A stretch of 64,000 nucleotides of DNA from Clytia hemisphaerica (Eukaryota). Within the stretch, counting starts at the first letter, position 1. Each line of letters starts with the position of its first letter. The notes below the pieces were generated by a model. That model saw only the letters and a program-made list of their open reading frames with translations, did not search any database and was not told where the DNA came from. Below, piece after piece: positions 15,001 to 25,953 of this stretch. The position numbers and the translations under genes were made by a program. The stretch spans positions 483,995 to 547,994 of the forward strand of contig NW_027104280.1 of the NCBI RefSeq assembly GCF_902728285.1, in the 5' to 3' direction.

Positions 15001-15457
15001 TGATCCTTCCAAAAAAGTTAAGAATATCCATGATGAAATGGATTTACACCATTCTTATAAAAAAAAAAGCGTGTACTCCATGCAATATTCCTAAATTTTG
15101 ACTTCAGAGTTTCGAATAATTGACAAACTTATTCAACCTTTCATAACTTTAGTATACTATTTTTTCAAGTCATTTCGAAAAATATTGGAGTGAGAAAAGT
15201 GATTCAAAATACACGCAGTTGAAATTCTGCATTTCAGCATTGAAAAGTGTTGAAAGAATATTAGTCTAGTCGTTTAAATGTTCATGGTTTTTTGAGGTGG
15301 AATCATATTTTTTTTGAATGTTTCTTTGTTTACTTTCAGGCGCGGCAAACCTTTGTTTCTGAGCGAAGAACGTTACGCGCGCTTGGAAGAAGAATGGCGC
15401 GCACAAATATTAGACCGCGCGACCAGACGCTGGGGCATCCATCAGAATCGGTTGTAA
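1..15457 (+). CDS. UBR-type N-recognin E3 ubiquitin ligase (UBR1/UBR2-like), 3' part of a multi-exon gene that begins upstream of the window; stop codon at 15455-15457
   Basis: Consistent GT-AG exon chain with matching phases. RING-H2 exon ([27 protein letters not shown]) is followed by [31 protein letters not shown] (cf. human UBR1 [22 protein letters not shown], recalled from memory). C-terminal [27 protein letters not shown] / [47 protein letters not shown] / [19 protein letters not shown]...NRL* parallels the UBR1 C-terminus (LCLFCGAILCSQNICCQ...RGNPLHLSRERY). Only a subset of exons was verified; others in 5.4-12 kb are probable but not listed. Confidence 0.8.
516..947 (+). CDS. UBR exon (acidic stretch plus [31 protein letters not shown] coiled segment)
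   Basis: Acceptor tttag|aa at 514-515; donor ag|gtttgt at 948. Phase agrees with the next exon. The 3' end could instead be 941. Confidence 0.5.
1269..1412 (+). CDS. UBR exon ([13 protein letters not shown]...[11 protein letters not shown])
   Basis: Acceptor ctcag|gt; donor actg|gtatgg. Resembles UBR1 EVLTCILCQEEQEV...MVLSACVQKST. Ends in phase 1, which matches the next exon. Confidence 0.6.
1779..1832. repeat. 21-bp tandem repeat, about 2.5 units
   Basis: gcggggttaagctacgttgtgg repeated. Confidence 0.7.
1957..2069 (+). CDS. UBR exon ([38 protein letters not shown])
   Basis: Acceptor tttgtag|tt; donor acg|gtaaat. Phase chain is consistent with the flanking exons. Confidence 0.55.
2275..2385 (+). 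CDS. UBR exon encoding the RING-H2-like CGHxxH motif
   Basis: [37 protein letters not shown]. Acceptor ttttag|cgg; donor cag|gtgagc. Phase 0 at both ends. Confidence 0.65.
2657..2785 (+). CDS. UBR exon ([22 protein letters not shown])
   Basis: Acceptor ttgcag|gat. Strong match to the UBR1/2 [22 protein letters not shown] segment. Weak donor ata|gtaaca, so the 3' end is uncertain. Confidence 0.6.
3505..4509. mobile_element. Foldback element in a UBR intron: ~365-bp near-perfect inverted arms (3505-3869, 4150-4509) around a ~280-bp spacer
   Basis: The arms are reverse complements, which is why ORFs 3754-4026 (+) and 4121-4348 (-) encode the same peptide. Confidence 0.85.
4717..4779 (+). CDS. 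UBR exon ([21 protein letters not shown])
   Basis: Acceptor tttcag|aaa; donor acag|gtaatt. Phase 0 at both ends, consistent with the next exon. Confidence 0.45.
4951..5132 (+). CDS. UBR exon ([60 protein letters not shown])
   Basis: Acceptor ttaccag|ggt; donor ag|gtagca. The open frame runs across the exon. Confidence 0.55.
5312..5379 (+). CDS. UBR exon ([24 protein letters not shown])
   Basis: Acceptor tttgcag|a completes the AG+A codon from the previous exon. Donor cg|gtaagt. Confidence 0.45.
5514..6536 (-). CDS. Single-exon rhodopsin-like (class A) orphan GPCR nested antisense within a UBR intron
   Basis: 340-aa uninterrupted ORF. Seven hydrophobic segments. DRY-type motif LDRFWAIY after TM3. 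Basic intracellular loop 3 ([17 protein letters not shown]). TM7 NPxxY-like SNAFVY. Basic C-tail. Confidence 0.7.
   Translation of the reverse strand: MKTKRQILKISQVHKMAIRASQNVSCIRMHGGICRKEDEFQIVYLYLSLLTLTLIFISAILIFFIHERTKLLRRGHGVFLFSLMMAHFVNNASIFTLIVVQVTKRWSDDRNFEELRIMRYVSLICTSFETIVSTNILLLTLDRFWAIYLNLKYDTWLTKRKQKVLITFSWAGPLSLILIFTIFNKLYGDEEEEVDFVCLGIIILVNMATLVIIISAHAYIFMNLKKHLRQLKQNSLESERQKTREETRKKKLRAFQISFIIIFCFFITYSFDLTVKAFRIAKDRDAPDEMLLATFYLFTLNSLSNAFVYLSKNRLVKERMKRTCCSRKRTATDSIDLSSR
8301..8468. mobile_element. Small TIR element (MITE) with apparent TAA target-site duplication
   Basis: ggggccgtccatata..acgtacgca / tgcgtacgtactatatggatggcccc, flanked by taa on both sides. Confidence 0.55.
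9470..9847. mobile_element. MITE with ~40-bp terminal inverted repeats ccttattggtatatattttcgcgtgttacaaattttcgcg
   Basis: Left TIR at 9470-9509; reverse-complement copy at 9808-9847; internal cgcgaaa-rich repeats. Confidence 0.75.
11322..11918. mobile_element. MITE-like non-autonomous element, GGACCTACC family
   Basis: 5' ggacctaccccggtggaggtcctataaattaacc hairpin; 3' end ...ggtaggtcc. Shared internal ttctcgagattg..gcacaaagatg..gtgacggagcccg segment. Confidence 0.7.
12019..12163 (+). CDS. UBR exon, C-terminal Cys-rich region ([27 protein letters not shown])
   Basis: Donor cag|gtaagc at 12164. Matches the UBR1 LCLFCGAILCSQNICCQ region. Acceptor placement (tttacag|t) is uncertain by a few nt. 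Confidence 0.65.
12191..12276. mobile_element. Hairpin MITE with termini ccttatcggcc / ggccgataagg
   Basis: Inverted repeat ccttatcggccctttttacgccggccc ... gggccggtgttaaaagggccgataagg. Confidence 0.55.
12393..12532 (+). CDS. UBR penultimate exon ([47 protein letters not shown])
   Basis: Acceptor tttcacag|cat; donor ag|gtaagg. Phase 2 end joins the final exon to give DLRRGKPLF. Parallels UBR1 [47 protein letters not shown]. Confidence 0.75.
13103..14720. mobile_element. GGACCTACC-family element carrying about 3 internal copies of a ~485-bp tandem repeat (13240-14560)
   Basis: Same termini as 11322-11918. Internal units restart at gcaaaatgg(t/c)aat(g/a)cc(c/t)aaaat(g/a)tgac(g/a)gagcc near 13240, 13727 and 14207. 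Confidence 0.7.
15340..15457 (+). CDS. UBR terminal exon ([38 protein letters not shown])
   Basis: Acceptor ctttcag|g at 15338-15339; stop taa at 15455-15457. Matches UBR1 C-terminus RGNPLHLSRERYRKLHLVW. Confidence 0.75.
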
Positions 15458-16017
15458 ATAATGATGTCATGTTTCCCGATTTCTCGATAAGTATGATTGA
15501 ATTTGTATAAAAGTAGAAAGTGATAAATGTATTTATTTTTGTTTTGTTTGCGTTTAAAATGAAATGATTTTTTTATTTTTTTCTGATAATGTCATATTTT
15601 GTAAATAGCACATGTATATACACATTTTTATTTCAGGTACAAAGTTTTTTATTTTAAATTTTATAGAGGTGGTTCATATGTTTCAATCTAAATGGTTAAG
15701 TGTCACCAGCACGTAACATAATTTCGAAGAAGGGGTTGGTAACTTAGACCTCCACTTCAACTTATGAGTCCAGCAGGATAACTTATGCAACTTGACGATC
15801 TACTGGGATCCGAATAAAATTTGGTGAATTTGCTAGCTATATGACCCCTGTCAGAGAGACACACTCGCTTATATTTGAGGGATGGAGTACAGGGGGGCAC
15901 GTAGTTAGAGTACTTGACCAGTACTGAGAATGAGTACTTTCTTGTTTTTTGTTTTTTTGCCCTCCACCTCCACTTTGTACCTTGGGACAAGGTTGGAGTA
16001 TGCCTTCAATATAGAAT

Positions 16018-16168
16018 AGACGATATCGGCTTTCCGAATTCTCCCCGAATGATTACCCATGATACATTGCGCAAAAACATTCACGGACGATATTGACTTT
16101 CCGTGAATTTTTTGCGCAATGCATCATGGGAAATCATTCGGGGAGAATTCGGAAAGCCGATATCGTCT
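16018..16168. repeat. 151-nt near-perfect palindrome (two mismatches in ~60-bp arms) 560 nt downstream of the UBR stop codon
   Basis: agacgatatcggctttccgaattctccccgaatgattacccatgatacattgcgcaaaaa ... with a palindromic centre attcacggacgatattgactttccgtgaat. Confidence 0.85.
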
Positions 16169-17079
16169 ATTGCGTGGTACAACCACGATATTGTTGCTGA
16201 ACAATTAGGTTTTATCTCCAAATTCCAGAGTCCGTAACAAAAAATCACCCATATTTGTACATATTTGTCTCTCTTAGAAGAAGCTTTTGTAGGGAAAATT
16301 GCTGCTGACTGAGGTGTTTCCTTTCTCATTACAAACCAAATATTCTTGATCGTGACTAGCTTTTGAAGTCTAATTTGCACAAGGTTCTAAGTTGAAAATC
16401 AGTTTTTTATGAATTTTAATTAATACTTTATGACCATTCCAACCAGATACAAAATTTCTTTTAACCGATTTTGACCAGCTACCTTTCAGTAGTCCTTACA
16501 ATGTTTATTACACTCCCCACTCCCACTGTATAAAAAGTTTTCGGACCTCTTGAGCTGTAGTGTTTGATTTTTGGGTGGATTGAATTTGACCATAGTTTGT
16601 TTTTTGTAAATAACAGATGGAGAGTTTGAATCTTTACATAAAGTAAAATTGAAAAATATAGAGATATTTATGTATAACAACGGAAGAAAATATAGCCTCA
16701 AAAAGAAGTAAATTCGAATTAATTCGTGAAATGTTTGACGCCAGGCAGAATTTCAAGGCCGCCTCCCACCCACAGAAGATTATGACAACAAATTGCGGTA
16801 AAAATGAGTTTCTTTTTGTTATTAATTCAGTGGTCTATAAATAAATAATGACAACTTGTTACAAAAAATAAAATTCCTAAAAAATTGGAATATTTGGAAC
16901 AATAATTAACCCCTAAGACATTTTGTTTCTAAAAATTTCGCTCCATTTTTGGCAATAAAATAAATTAAATTGGAAGTCCATTTTATGAATTTACCTGTAT
17001 AAATTGTTATTTTTATGTAGGTCAACTGTTTGGCTAGTCTTCTTTTAGATAATTGTTTTTACGACGTTCTATTTTTAGT

Positions 17080-18460
17080 TTATTGTTTATAGTTAGTCAG
17101 CACTCTAGCTGAGGGATCTTTCACATCTCCCTCTTGCCATCTGGGCATCCAAAAGTATGGCAATATATGGCACTGACCAGGATACTTGGATTCAAACATG
17201 GTGCGGTAATACAGGCTTTCGAAGGAGAAAGGTGGGTTGATAGGGAATTTCTCGGCAGCTTCTTCCAGTTGTTGTTTGGTGAAAAGTGTAGCTGCATGGC
17301 GTTGGATGTGTGAAAACCATGAATCAGTTTTCTGAGAGATTCCATCACTAAATGCTTCTTTGGGTCGCCATAAGATCTCATCCGGTAGCAGGCCTTTGAG
17401 GTGGCCATCAAACGCCGAGCGAAGGAGGAATTTTTCGACGCCATCTTTCGGTTGGACGAGTTGTTTATCGATGGAGAGGTAATATGAGGTGAAAGCTTTG
17501 TCCAAGAAAGGTACACGTAGCTCCAATCCATGGGCGGAGATGGTTCGATCCGCCCTCAAGTTGTCAAAGATGTACAATTCACGCAGGAGGCGTTTGGAAT
17601 CTTCATGGGCGGCTTCGGGCGTTGGTGCTTTGTGGAAGTAGATGTAACCTTGAGTGAGCTCGTCTGATCCTTCGCCGGAGAAAATGACGACGGTGTTTGT
17701 GTTTTTGCGGATGTATTTGGCCAACAAAAACATGGGTGTGGACGCCCTGTTTGTGGTGATGTCATAACTCTCTAAGGCATAGTTTACATCAGGAAGAGCA
17801 TCTAAAGCTTCTTGTGGTGTGATGAGGACTTCGTGGTGCTCTGTCTGCAACATTTCGGCCACCTTTCGTGCTTTCATTACATCAGGTGATCCTGGGAAGC
17901 CGATTGAAAAGGTTTGGATGGGGTATTTGATGCCCATTTCTCTGGATAGCTTGACAACCAATGCTGCAACTAGACTAGAATCAAGTCCACCGGAGAGCAA
18001 ACATCCTATCCTCCGTTCGGCCATCAATCGCTTTCGGACAGCATCAGTCAACAGGTTGCGGATGTTTTCTTTGACGTCATCGGTGAGCGTGATTGGAATG
18101 TCGAAGGCTTGTGGAACGTCGACATCTGTGAAAGATTTTTCTTCTAACAATTTAGAGAGGCCAGTTTCTTTACAGATGTTGAAGGTAGCATAGGTTCCAG
18201 GCTTCAGTTGCTTGATAGGTCTTGCTTTTCCGTTCGATTTGTTCAAACCAATCAAACCTTTAGCTTCGGATGAAACTCCTAACTCACCGGAATCCGGACG
18301 TAACGTGAATAACGGACGCACCCCGAATGTGTCTCTTCCAATGTGGAAAGTTCCATTTTCCGAATCAAAAATGGAGACAGCGAACACTCCATCCAGTAAT
18401 TGTAATGTTTTCTCCATGCCAAATTTGTTGTAAAGATGAATGATGATCTCACCGTCCATT
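17080..18460 (-). CDS. ASNS: Asparagine synthetase (glutamine-hydrolysing), exon 2, through the stop codon
   Basis: Acceptor tctctcatag|a. Collinear with human ASNS throughout: DGEIIIHLY, SGGLDSS PP-loop, FSGEGSDE, LRVPFLD, ends SARVLTNYKQ*. Confidence 0.85.
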
Positions 18461-18630
18461 CTATGAGAGAGGGAAACTCATTTATTAAATCATTCTTTTG
18501 GAAGAAATTGACTAGAACTGCCCAATTTACAGTTTGTGTCATTTGTGGAAGTTTTGAATGGTTGAGGTTGCAAAGGATGTCGAGAAATCTTTTCACATGG
18601 TGAAATTCAAAATGAATATTTTTAACTTAC

Positions 18631-18914
18631 GATGTCGTTTGTTCAAATCCATATTTTTGGAAGAGTTCTTTGAAGTTATAGATTTCACCGTTGTACGTGA
18701 GATGGATGTGAGGTAGTGAATACAAACGCATGGGTTGTTGTCCTGTCAAATTATCCATGATGGAGAGTCGATGGAACGCTAAGTAGGAGTGTTTGAAGTT
18801 CGGAAGACTTTCGATACGGAAGAAATCCGGTCCTCGGTGAGCGATGAGGAGAGCATGATGGAGTTCTGACGAAGCTTGATGATCGTAACCAAAGATGGCC
18901 CAAATCCCACACAT
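18631..18914 (-). CDS. ASNS: Asparagine synthetase (glutamine-hydrolysing), exon 1
   Basis: Starts MCGIWAIFG (N-terminal nucleophile Cys2 of class II glutamine amidotransferases). AHRGPD and NGEIYN motifs present. Donor on the minus strand is atc|gtaagt. Confidence 0.85.
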
Positions 18915-21900
18915 TTTCTTGTTTCTTTTGCTTTCTTACTGAAATTAGAAGAAAGAAATCAACTTTTTTGAAAAACTTTACTGATGAAAGACATTTGTAC
19001 TCTCTCTAATCCAAACCTCTATTATTCGAACTAGAATAATGGACCCCTCAACTAGAAAGTACTGTAAAGTATGAAATACTCTCTGTAATTCGAAATCACT
19101 GAAGTGCAACTTCATTTTAAACTTCTTCATACACACACATGCAAATGTAACGAGCGTAAAACAACAACCACGTTGATTTCTCATCAATTTTTATTCCTTT
19201 TCTTTTTCAGAACCTTTCCAAATAGACGTTAGCAAATATCGAAGAAATACGAAATTCGAGACTATTTAGACTTTAGACCCCCTTTTTATCTTCAATCGAA
19301 AAACACATCTTCACACCTAGAAGTTTAAACGTTGTGCACGCTATTTCTACGTTGCTCGATCAGCTATAACAAAGTCTGAATCACAAACCTCTACAAAACC
19401 GCAAGTAGTAAAGGAATAGCATGAATCTGTTAATGGGTGCCAGCCTAGCTATAAAGCTACAATAGCTCTCTGCTGACGTCTTTCAATAAACTTGCAAATA
19501 ACTACATTCTTTGCAATGAAACAATACTGTGCTACTTTTTACTTCTAAACAGACTACTGTTCCAGAAACGCCTTTTTCATGATTGCACCAGAGCTGCTAC
19601 TGAAGAGAATTCTTCGGTACTACCCCACAATTGAACACTTCTTAACTTTACTTTACTTTTATGTCTTCCTGAGAGATTTTTGTCACAACAGGCCAAACCA
19701 TAATAACAAACTTTACTACATATCAACCAAAGTTCTTTTCGTAAACTCAAAGTTATGTACGGTGAGGATAAAGTTCATTTTCAGAAATTTCACAACGTTG
19801 CAACCCTGCGTGAAAGAGTTTTGTATGAAAATATCCTGCTTGCGCAAAATGACCAGAAATTATCACATGGGCAAAGCTTCCTTTTTCTTATCTGATAATC
19901 ATGAGATTATGGAGATTTTCCTGAAATTTCACAACAAATCTTGAAACGTGTTTGAAATCAAAATAAGATCCCTTGTAGTGTGAGTCGTCTTAAAAACCAA
20001 GAGAAATCTTACGGTAACAACTTTCTTCCTGCTTTGAAATAATCATGAAGCCTCGTTTCCAGTTTCCTGTCAAACCCAATCTATCAAAGGGATATTATCC
20101 ACTTAACGAGGCCTTTATGGCGACTAATTGAAGCTAATTGTTTGGAGACCAAAATAACTTCATCGAAATTAACTCAATGTGGCGGAAGAGTAAAAGTTGA
20201 GCCCTTGGATTAGCTACATAAATAGCGTGTTGTGACGTTGATAATCATTCGACGAAAAAAGAATTTTTCAGAGAATTCCGTACACGCACTTTATAAGAAG
20301 ATCATATACAGTATAAGAATATTAATGCCAAAATGTTAAGAACAAGTTAAGCACATTTTAAGGCTTTGTGGACTCTAAGTACTAAGACATCCGATTTCTT
20401 TGGAAAATCACAGAATGGTGAACATAAGAACATATTAAAAACATTTTTAGGCTTAAAAGTAGAAAAATTAAGAACATTAGAAGAGTTCAAAAATTTTGGA
20501 TGTCTTATAAAACACGTGTATCTGCTATTAACAGAGATTTAGCATAGTGTTCAAACTTTTGACTTCCTAGTTTCTTTGAAAACAGGTTTAACAGGTCTAT
20601 CTCGTGGTCGACGGTTTCTTTGAGTAACTGTTCTCCTTGGCACGTTGTTGTGAAAAAGTAATGACATGATTGTTCGTCAGACCGACCATGCTCTGTTCAC
20701 GTGATATCATCTTATTATTTAAATATTTCCATCGTAAATCTATCTAAACCTCCTTTTCTACAATCATCATACCATTTAGAGATTTTCCTGTTTCAAACAG
20801 CTTGCTTTCATAACCTCATCTCTTTTGTCATACAGGTTGCTTTTATAACCTAATCCTTCTTTTCATTGAAACATATAAAGAGTTTTTAAAGATTAAATTT
20901 GGAAAGGTTATCATACCTGACATCACCCGTGCAATGCCAAAAGACAAGATATCATTCCTTCCGAATGCCGAGATGAAATTTAGCAAGACTTACTAATAAG
21001 GTGGCAGCTCCCCCCCCCCCCACCACGTTACATACCTTCTCTAACTTTGTTTGTTCACTTCTCTCTGTCCAATATGAATTCCGTTGTCTTGTCTGACTTT
21101 TTTAAATGAAACTTTTGAAATTTAACCAACCGGGCGGAGTAAAACAAACGTCAGATGTTACCATTGCTACACTTTTTTTTGAAGAGAAGAGTTACCCGTT
21201 ACCCTTCGAAAAAGGCTCGCTTGTAATGTGTTCAGCACCCATCATTTCGTCAAAAAAAAATAGCAATCAGTATTCACTAGCCGGCAGAACTCGAGCTTTG
21301 CTCTACTGTAGGCCTTCACTTTTTCACGAGATATTCTATAACTTTGCATTACACTCACTTGTTAGTAACTCTACCTTTATTCGCCCGGCTGCTCAATTCA
21401 CATCTAACATCTGTAATTGTGATAGTTGGAGACACTATCATATCATTTTATAGTGAAGTGTTTAAAAGACCGTCTTCGTGGGTCGTTGGTTTATATGGAT
21501 GATGTAAAACGAATGCAAAATGTTTTATGATGTAACTGAGTTGACATTTCCTGATATATTTTTTCGACTTTGATCTTTTCAAGAGAAGTCAAACCCACTT
21601 TATAGATAGGATACAGTATCTTATTTCATTTAAATAAAACCTCCCCTCCCATTCTACTCATTAAGGATCTTTTTTAACCAAAGTCTTGACCACACAAAAT
21701 TTTCCTCACTTTTGAAAGCTTTTCAACCTCCATCCTCATCTAGTGGGGTCGTTTAGCATAATTTACGGGGAAAAAATAAGATCTAGCTGAACCTTTCTCC
21801 AGACCTTCTCTATAGGATGGTTATGCCTCAGGAAAAAATCCCCTAAAATCCCACTGGTGGAACATCCCTTTTTTGGGACATTTCTTTTTTTCCCTGGCAA

Positions 21901-24900
21901 AACCCTAAGGGCGAAATTTTTTGAAAATTTCAAACTCATTTTCAGACATTATCATATCAAGTATACCATTCGAAAGCTCTCGAAAAACTATATAGAAGAC
22001 TTTTAAACCCTTGTCCACGTTGGCGGCGTGGGTCCTAAGGATGATGGCAGCTAACATCGTCAATTTCTTGAGTAGCTGTCTTTGCTAATTTGCTTCAAGC
22101 ATAGCCGAAGTATATTTAAGCAAGTATTGAGACTCGTATTGAGATATTAGGGTATTTTTTAAGGCTTTTTAGAATCTAAAGTTCGTGTGAGAATTGCGAT
22201 TTCAGTATGACCATTTGACTCATTGAATATTTCGAATTTGGAGGGGCTTATTGACTTCCAGGCTATGTACTCACGTCAGGCTTATTGGAACAATTTCGAG
22301 CTTTTGTATCTTTCAATTAAGTCTCATGTTAAAAACTCAAGAGTTAAACCAAACTCGAATCCGGTTTGTTTTCAAACGATCCTGATAGCCCTCGTGAAAA
22401 GTTGCACACGCTTTTTTATAAGAATATCTTCTATAAGAATATCAGGGTGAAAATTAGCCAAATCGCAAGAAGGGGGCCCCCAAGAATACCCCAAGAATAC
22501 CCTCTTGGGTGAGTTTCACAGAATTTGATAAGAATACAGTCATTTTGTATTTGTTTAACAGAAAAAACTGCTTCCTTTGTTAGAGATGAATTGGAAGAAA
22601 ATGTAATTTAAACCCAAATGTTCACTCAAAAGTCTAAAACTCTCAAATTTATCATTTCTCATGTTTGTAAAAAAGTCAAGTCAAAAAAAGTAAGAATACG
22701 TTAAGAATATTTCACCCTGAATTTTGGCAATTTCTTAAGAATACTTGACCCTCAACCAAAGTACACTATTCTTATAAAAACCAGAAGTAAGCGATTCTTA
22801 AAATTTTACAGAAAAATTTATCACAAAAATACAATGATCATGATAGTTTTTTCCACAGTTTACACTGTGGAGTGTTTACACAGTCACTGTTTGTAACTCG
22901 CCGCAATCTTGTTTGGAAAACAAAGAAGGGATAACGATGAATATAACGCCGCATGTACCTTATTCACCATTCACGTCTAACACAGTCTACAGACCTCTAC
23001 AAAAACGCAGGTAGTACATAAGGAGCACGAATCCGTTAGTGGACGCTAGCTGTCTAACCTAACACTCCTGTGTTTACAGTTCATGTCACACGATTCGTCA
23101 ACAATTGAATCCATCAAAGAGCCAAATGTCTTAACTCGAAGTTCCTTTTTTCTTATCACGCGAGAGAGATTTTCGGTGGAGAAATTAAAAAAAATGTATG
23201 TGAAAACATGAATCAAAATGATGTATAGAGAAAATATGACGATTGTTCATTGAGGGATTCTATGAAAAAAGAAAGCTTTAAAAATCAAATAGAAATGAAT
23301 AAAGAATCAGATTTGCATAAATATAGCCCAGAACACCTGTCTGATTCACTCTACTACAATTACTCTCGGGTACCTAATAGCCGTACCCCCCTGCTAATTA
23401 ATTTTTCGAAATTTTTCCACCCAGGACATTGAGCTCACGAAAGCGCAAAAACTGGACAAAACTGTTGTTTCTAGCCTGAAAAACACTGAAAACACTGTTT
23501 TTAAGGATTAATATCTCGAGTTAGGTAAAGAAATCACCTATACTCGCAATATATCACTAATCTTAATTTTTTGAGAGCTTTCCAAAAATATACAACAGGT
23601 CTCCGTTTTCTCAAGCTAAATTTTTCATTAATTTTTCAAACTATGATTTTTGCCTGAGACCGTCGTATTTGTCCGAAAATCACACCAAAGTGTCCAAAAA
23701 AAAATTGGCACCCAAGTTATTTTGATTCCCCTACCCCTAAAAAAATCGAGCGACCTCAAAAAACGGACAAATTTCCCCCTACTAATTCTTATTCCAACCC
23801 CCCCCCGCTTATTAATTTTTGGGAAAATGTTTTTGAAGGTGCCCTTTTTGTCGCAATTCTGCTGTATTAGTCTCCTTTTCAAAAAAATTCCACCCAGGAC
23901 ATTTTTATTCCAACCCCCCCCCCCCCCCCCCGCATAATTTTGAGAGTAACCTATCCGCCTCGTAAGAATCCGTCAGTTTCAGTACTGTATATATTGCAAG
24001 ATAGCCCCCGAAGGGCTAGATAACTAGATAGGCAACTTTAAGCTTTCTCCAGCAAAAAAAAGTGAAGTAAAAATTTGACTTTTTAAATTTCCAAACGCTA
24101 TTTCACATCTCTCAAACCGGTGAAATTGCATATTTTAGTCACGCGACTTTGTGACTTCGTGTAGGAAATCCTTTCAAACCTAGGCTTCACTTTTCGATAA
24201 AAGCCGCAAATCTAGCCCTTCGGGCTTTACAGATATCTGTGGCTTTAAATGATACACACGTCAAACGGTTTTTAAGACGTACATGTAGATAGTACCTAAT
24301 GCAAAGGGAATTTCCCCATCGTCGTGTAGAAAATAAACATGAGTCGAAAATGGCTGCTGGAAATTTTGATGATTGCACCACAGAATTTTGAAAATGATAT
24401 GATTTTACAAATGATTTTGGCTTTCTTGTAAGTTTTAAGTATTTTCATGTAAGTTTACCTATTTTATTTTTGTCTATTCTTTATAAAAATTTACTTTACC
24501 CTAACTATTTTGAAAGTTTTGCAGAAGAAGGAAAAAAAATGAATGAAACAGCATAGAAATAATCAACAAAACAAAATAAAATTTTATACAGATCAGTCAA
24601 TTCACTGTTTGGGTGTGTAACATAAATGGCAGGTAGAAGACTGAGGCAATTTTTTACTGGTAAGTTTATTTATTTAATGGGTCAATGGGCTATTCCAAAA
24701 AAAGATTACACTGCAACCAGGGGAGGGGGTACGTATAGACCTTTTTGCCATATTGAATTGTATGCAAAAATTATGGTGTCCGAATTGCTGTGGTGAGATT
24801 GTATTGAAAATATGCAAAACCTATGCAAAAAGAAAGTATTAATATAAAACTTACGTGCATAATCTGCATTTGAAGTGTAATCTTGTTGTAGAAGAAAGAT

Positions 24901-24901
24901 T

Positions 24902-25090
24902 AAATAGACCTTTTTTCAAAGAGACCACCCTGTTGAATAATTATGTAGTCCAGCAGAAAAACAATGATACAGCCATGCATAATTACTGTATCATGCATAT
25001 TGTAATAATTAATGCATGGTTGTATCATTGTTCTTCTGCTGGACTACATAATTATTTAACAGGGTAGCCTCTTTGAAAAAAGGTCTATTT
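24902..25090. repeat. 189-nt near-perfect palindrome / foldback
   Basis: aaatagaccttttttcaaagagaccaccctgttgaataattatgtagtccagcagaa... and its reverse complement, around a central atgcat-rich core. Confidence 0.85.
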
Positions 25091-25174
25091 ACTTCTCTTG
25101 AAAACTAAAAAAAATTATATTCGCTCATCTCTTAGAACAACCACGACCCTGGATACCGCCTTACATTGTATATA

Positions 25175-25394
25175 CCGTAAGATCAGGTAACTTGCATCAG
25201 TGGAGACTAACATGCTTAGCCCTCAAATGAAAGACCTGGCTGGTCATTAAAATACAAAAATAAATCAAATCAAAAATATGGTGGAGTAGAGCTGCAAGCG
25301 GAGCTGTGTAGTTGTATTTTAATGACCAGCCAGGTCATTCATTTGAGGGCTATGCATGTTAACCTCCACTGATGCAAGTTACCGGATCTCACGG
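25175..25394. repeat. 220-nt inverted-repeat hairpin
   Basis: ccgtaagatcaggtaacttgcatcagtggagactaacatgcttagccctcaaatgaaagacctggctggtcattaaaatac and its reverse complement. Confidence 0.8.
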
Positions 25395-25576
25395 TACGAT
25401 GTGCCCGGTGGGTGTTTTTTAATAATAATGTAATATGTTTTAGGTTAGAATGCTAAAACACCATACATTTTCCCGCTGTACATGTACGGACCGCTTTCGG
25501 ACTGCTCGTAAAAACGTGTGTCCCTGGTCAACTGCAGTCTTTACTTCATAGGTCGGGCGGGGACGAATCTTGAAAG

Positions 25577-25953
25577 AGGGCGGACAGTCAGGCACATCCT
25601 GGCAAATGAACGGGGTATTTTTCACTTGCGAACATTGGCAAATGAACGGGGTCGAAAACGAAAGTGACGTAATAGCGCCGAATACCTAGTTTAATTGAAC
25701 AGGGTTGGAATTATTTTGCTTCATTTCAAAGAACTTTTTTTCCATTGGTCAATTTTGTCTTCGAAGATTGAAGAAACTTTTAATGAAAAAATAAAGTTCC
25801 CAGTTTTCTTCCTTTTTTCCCTTTTTCAGTTTGAAGTTCATTTTTATTCATTTTCACGCTTTTAGCCTGAGACGTCCTATCTCATTTACACTGGGTGGTG
25901 GGTGACGAAATACCCCATGCAAATGCTCACCCTGTTCATTTGCCAGGATGTGC
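25577..25953. mobile_element. Element bounded by ~29-bp inverted repeats gtcaggcacatcctggcaaatgaacgggg
   Basis: Left copy at 25577-25605; reverse-complement copy at 25925-25953. Confidence 0.5.

Noticed and set aside
15914-16380. ORFs 15914-16096 (+) and 16081-16380 (-) both contain IDDIGFPNSPRMI.HD.LRK.
   Set aside because: This is a mirror artefact of the 151-nt palindrome.
17121-18596. Several ORFs (17121-17531 -, 17556-17765 -, 17819-18193 +, 18212-18433 +, 18279-18596 -) overlapping the ASNS exon.
   Set aside because: They are alternative-frame or antisense ORFs inside a strongly supported ASNS coding exon.
20280-22800. Dispersed taagaata/ataagaat-rich segments (also 14740-15070).
   Set aside because: They look like a repeat family or low-complexity decay, but boundaries and termini could not be defined by eye. 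They are not reported as elements.
25220-25240. The motif ggctggtca resembles the conserved 5' end of Y RNAs (GGCUGGUCCGA), near the Ro60 gene cluster.
   Set aside because: It is embedded in a 220-nt perfect palindrome. It lacks the bulged-C Ro-binding helix, a complementary 3' end of the form ...cuugacuagucuuuu, and a Pol III terminator. It is judged coincidental, though an Infernal RF00019 scan of the whole window would still be worthwhile.
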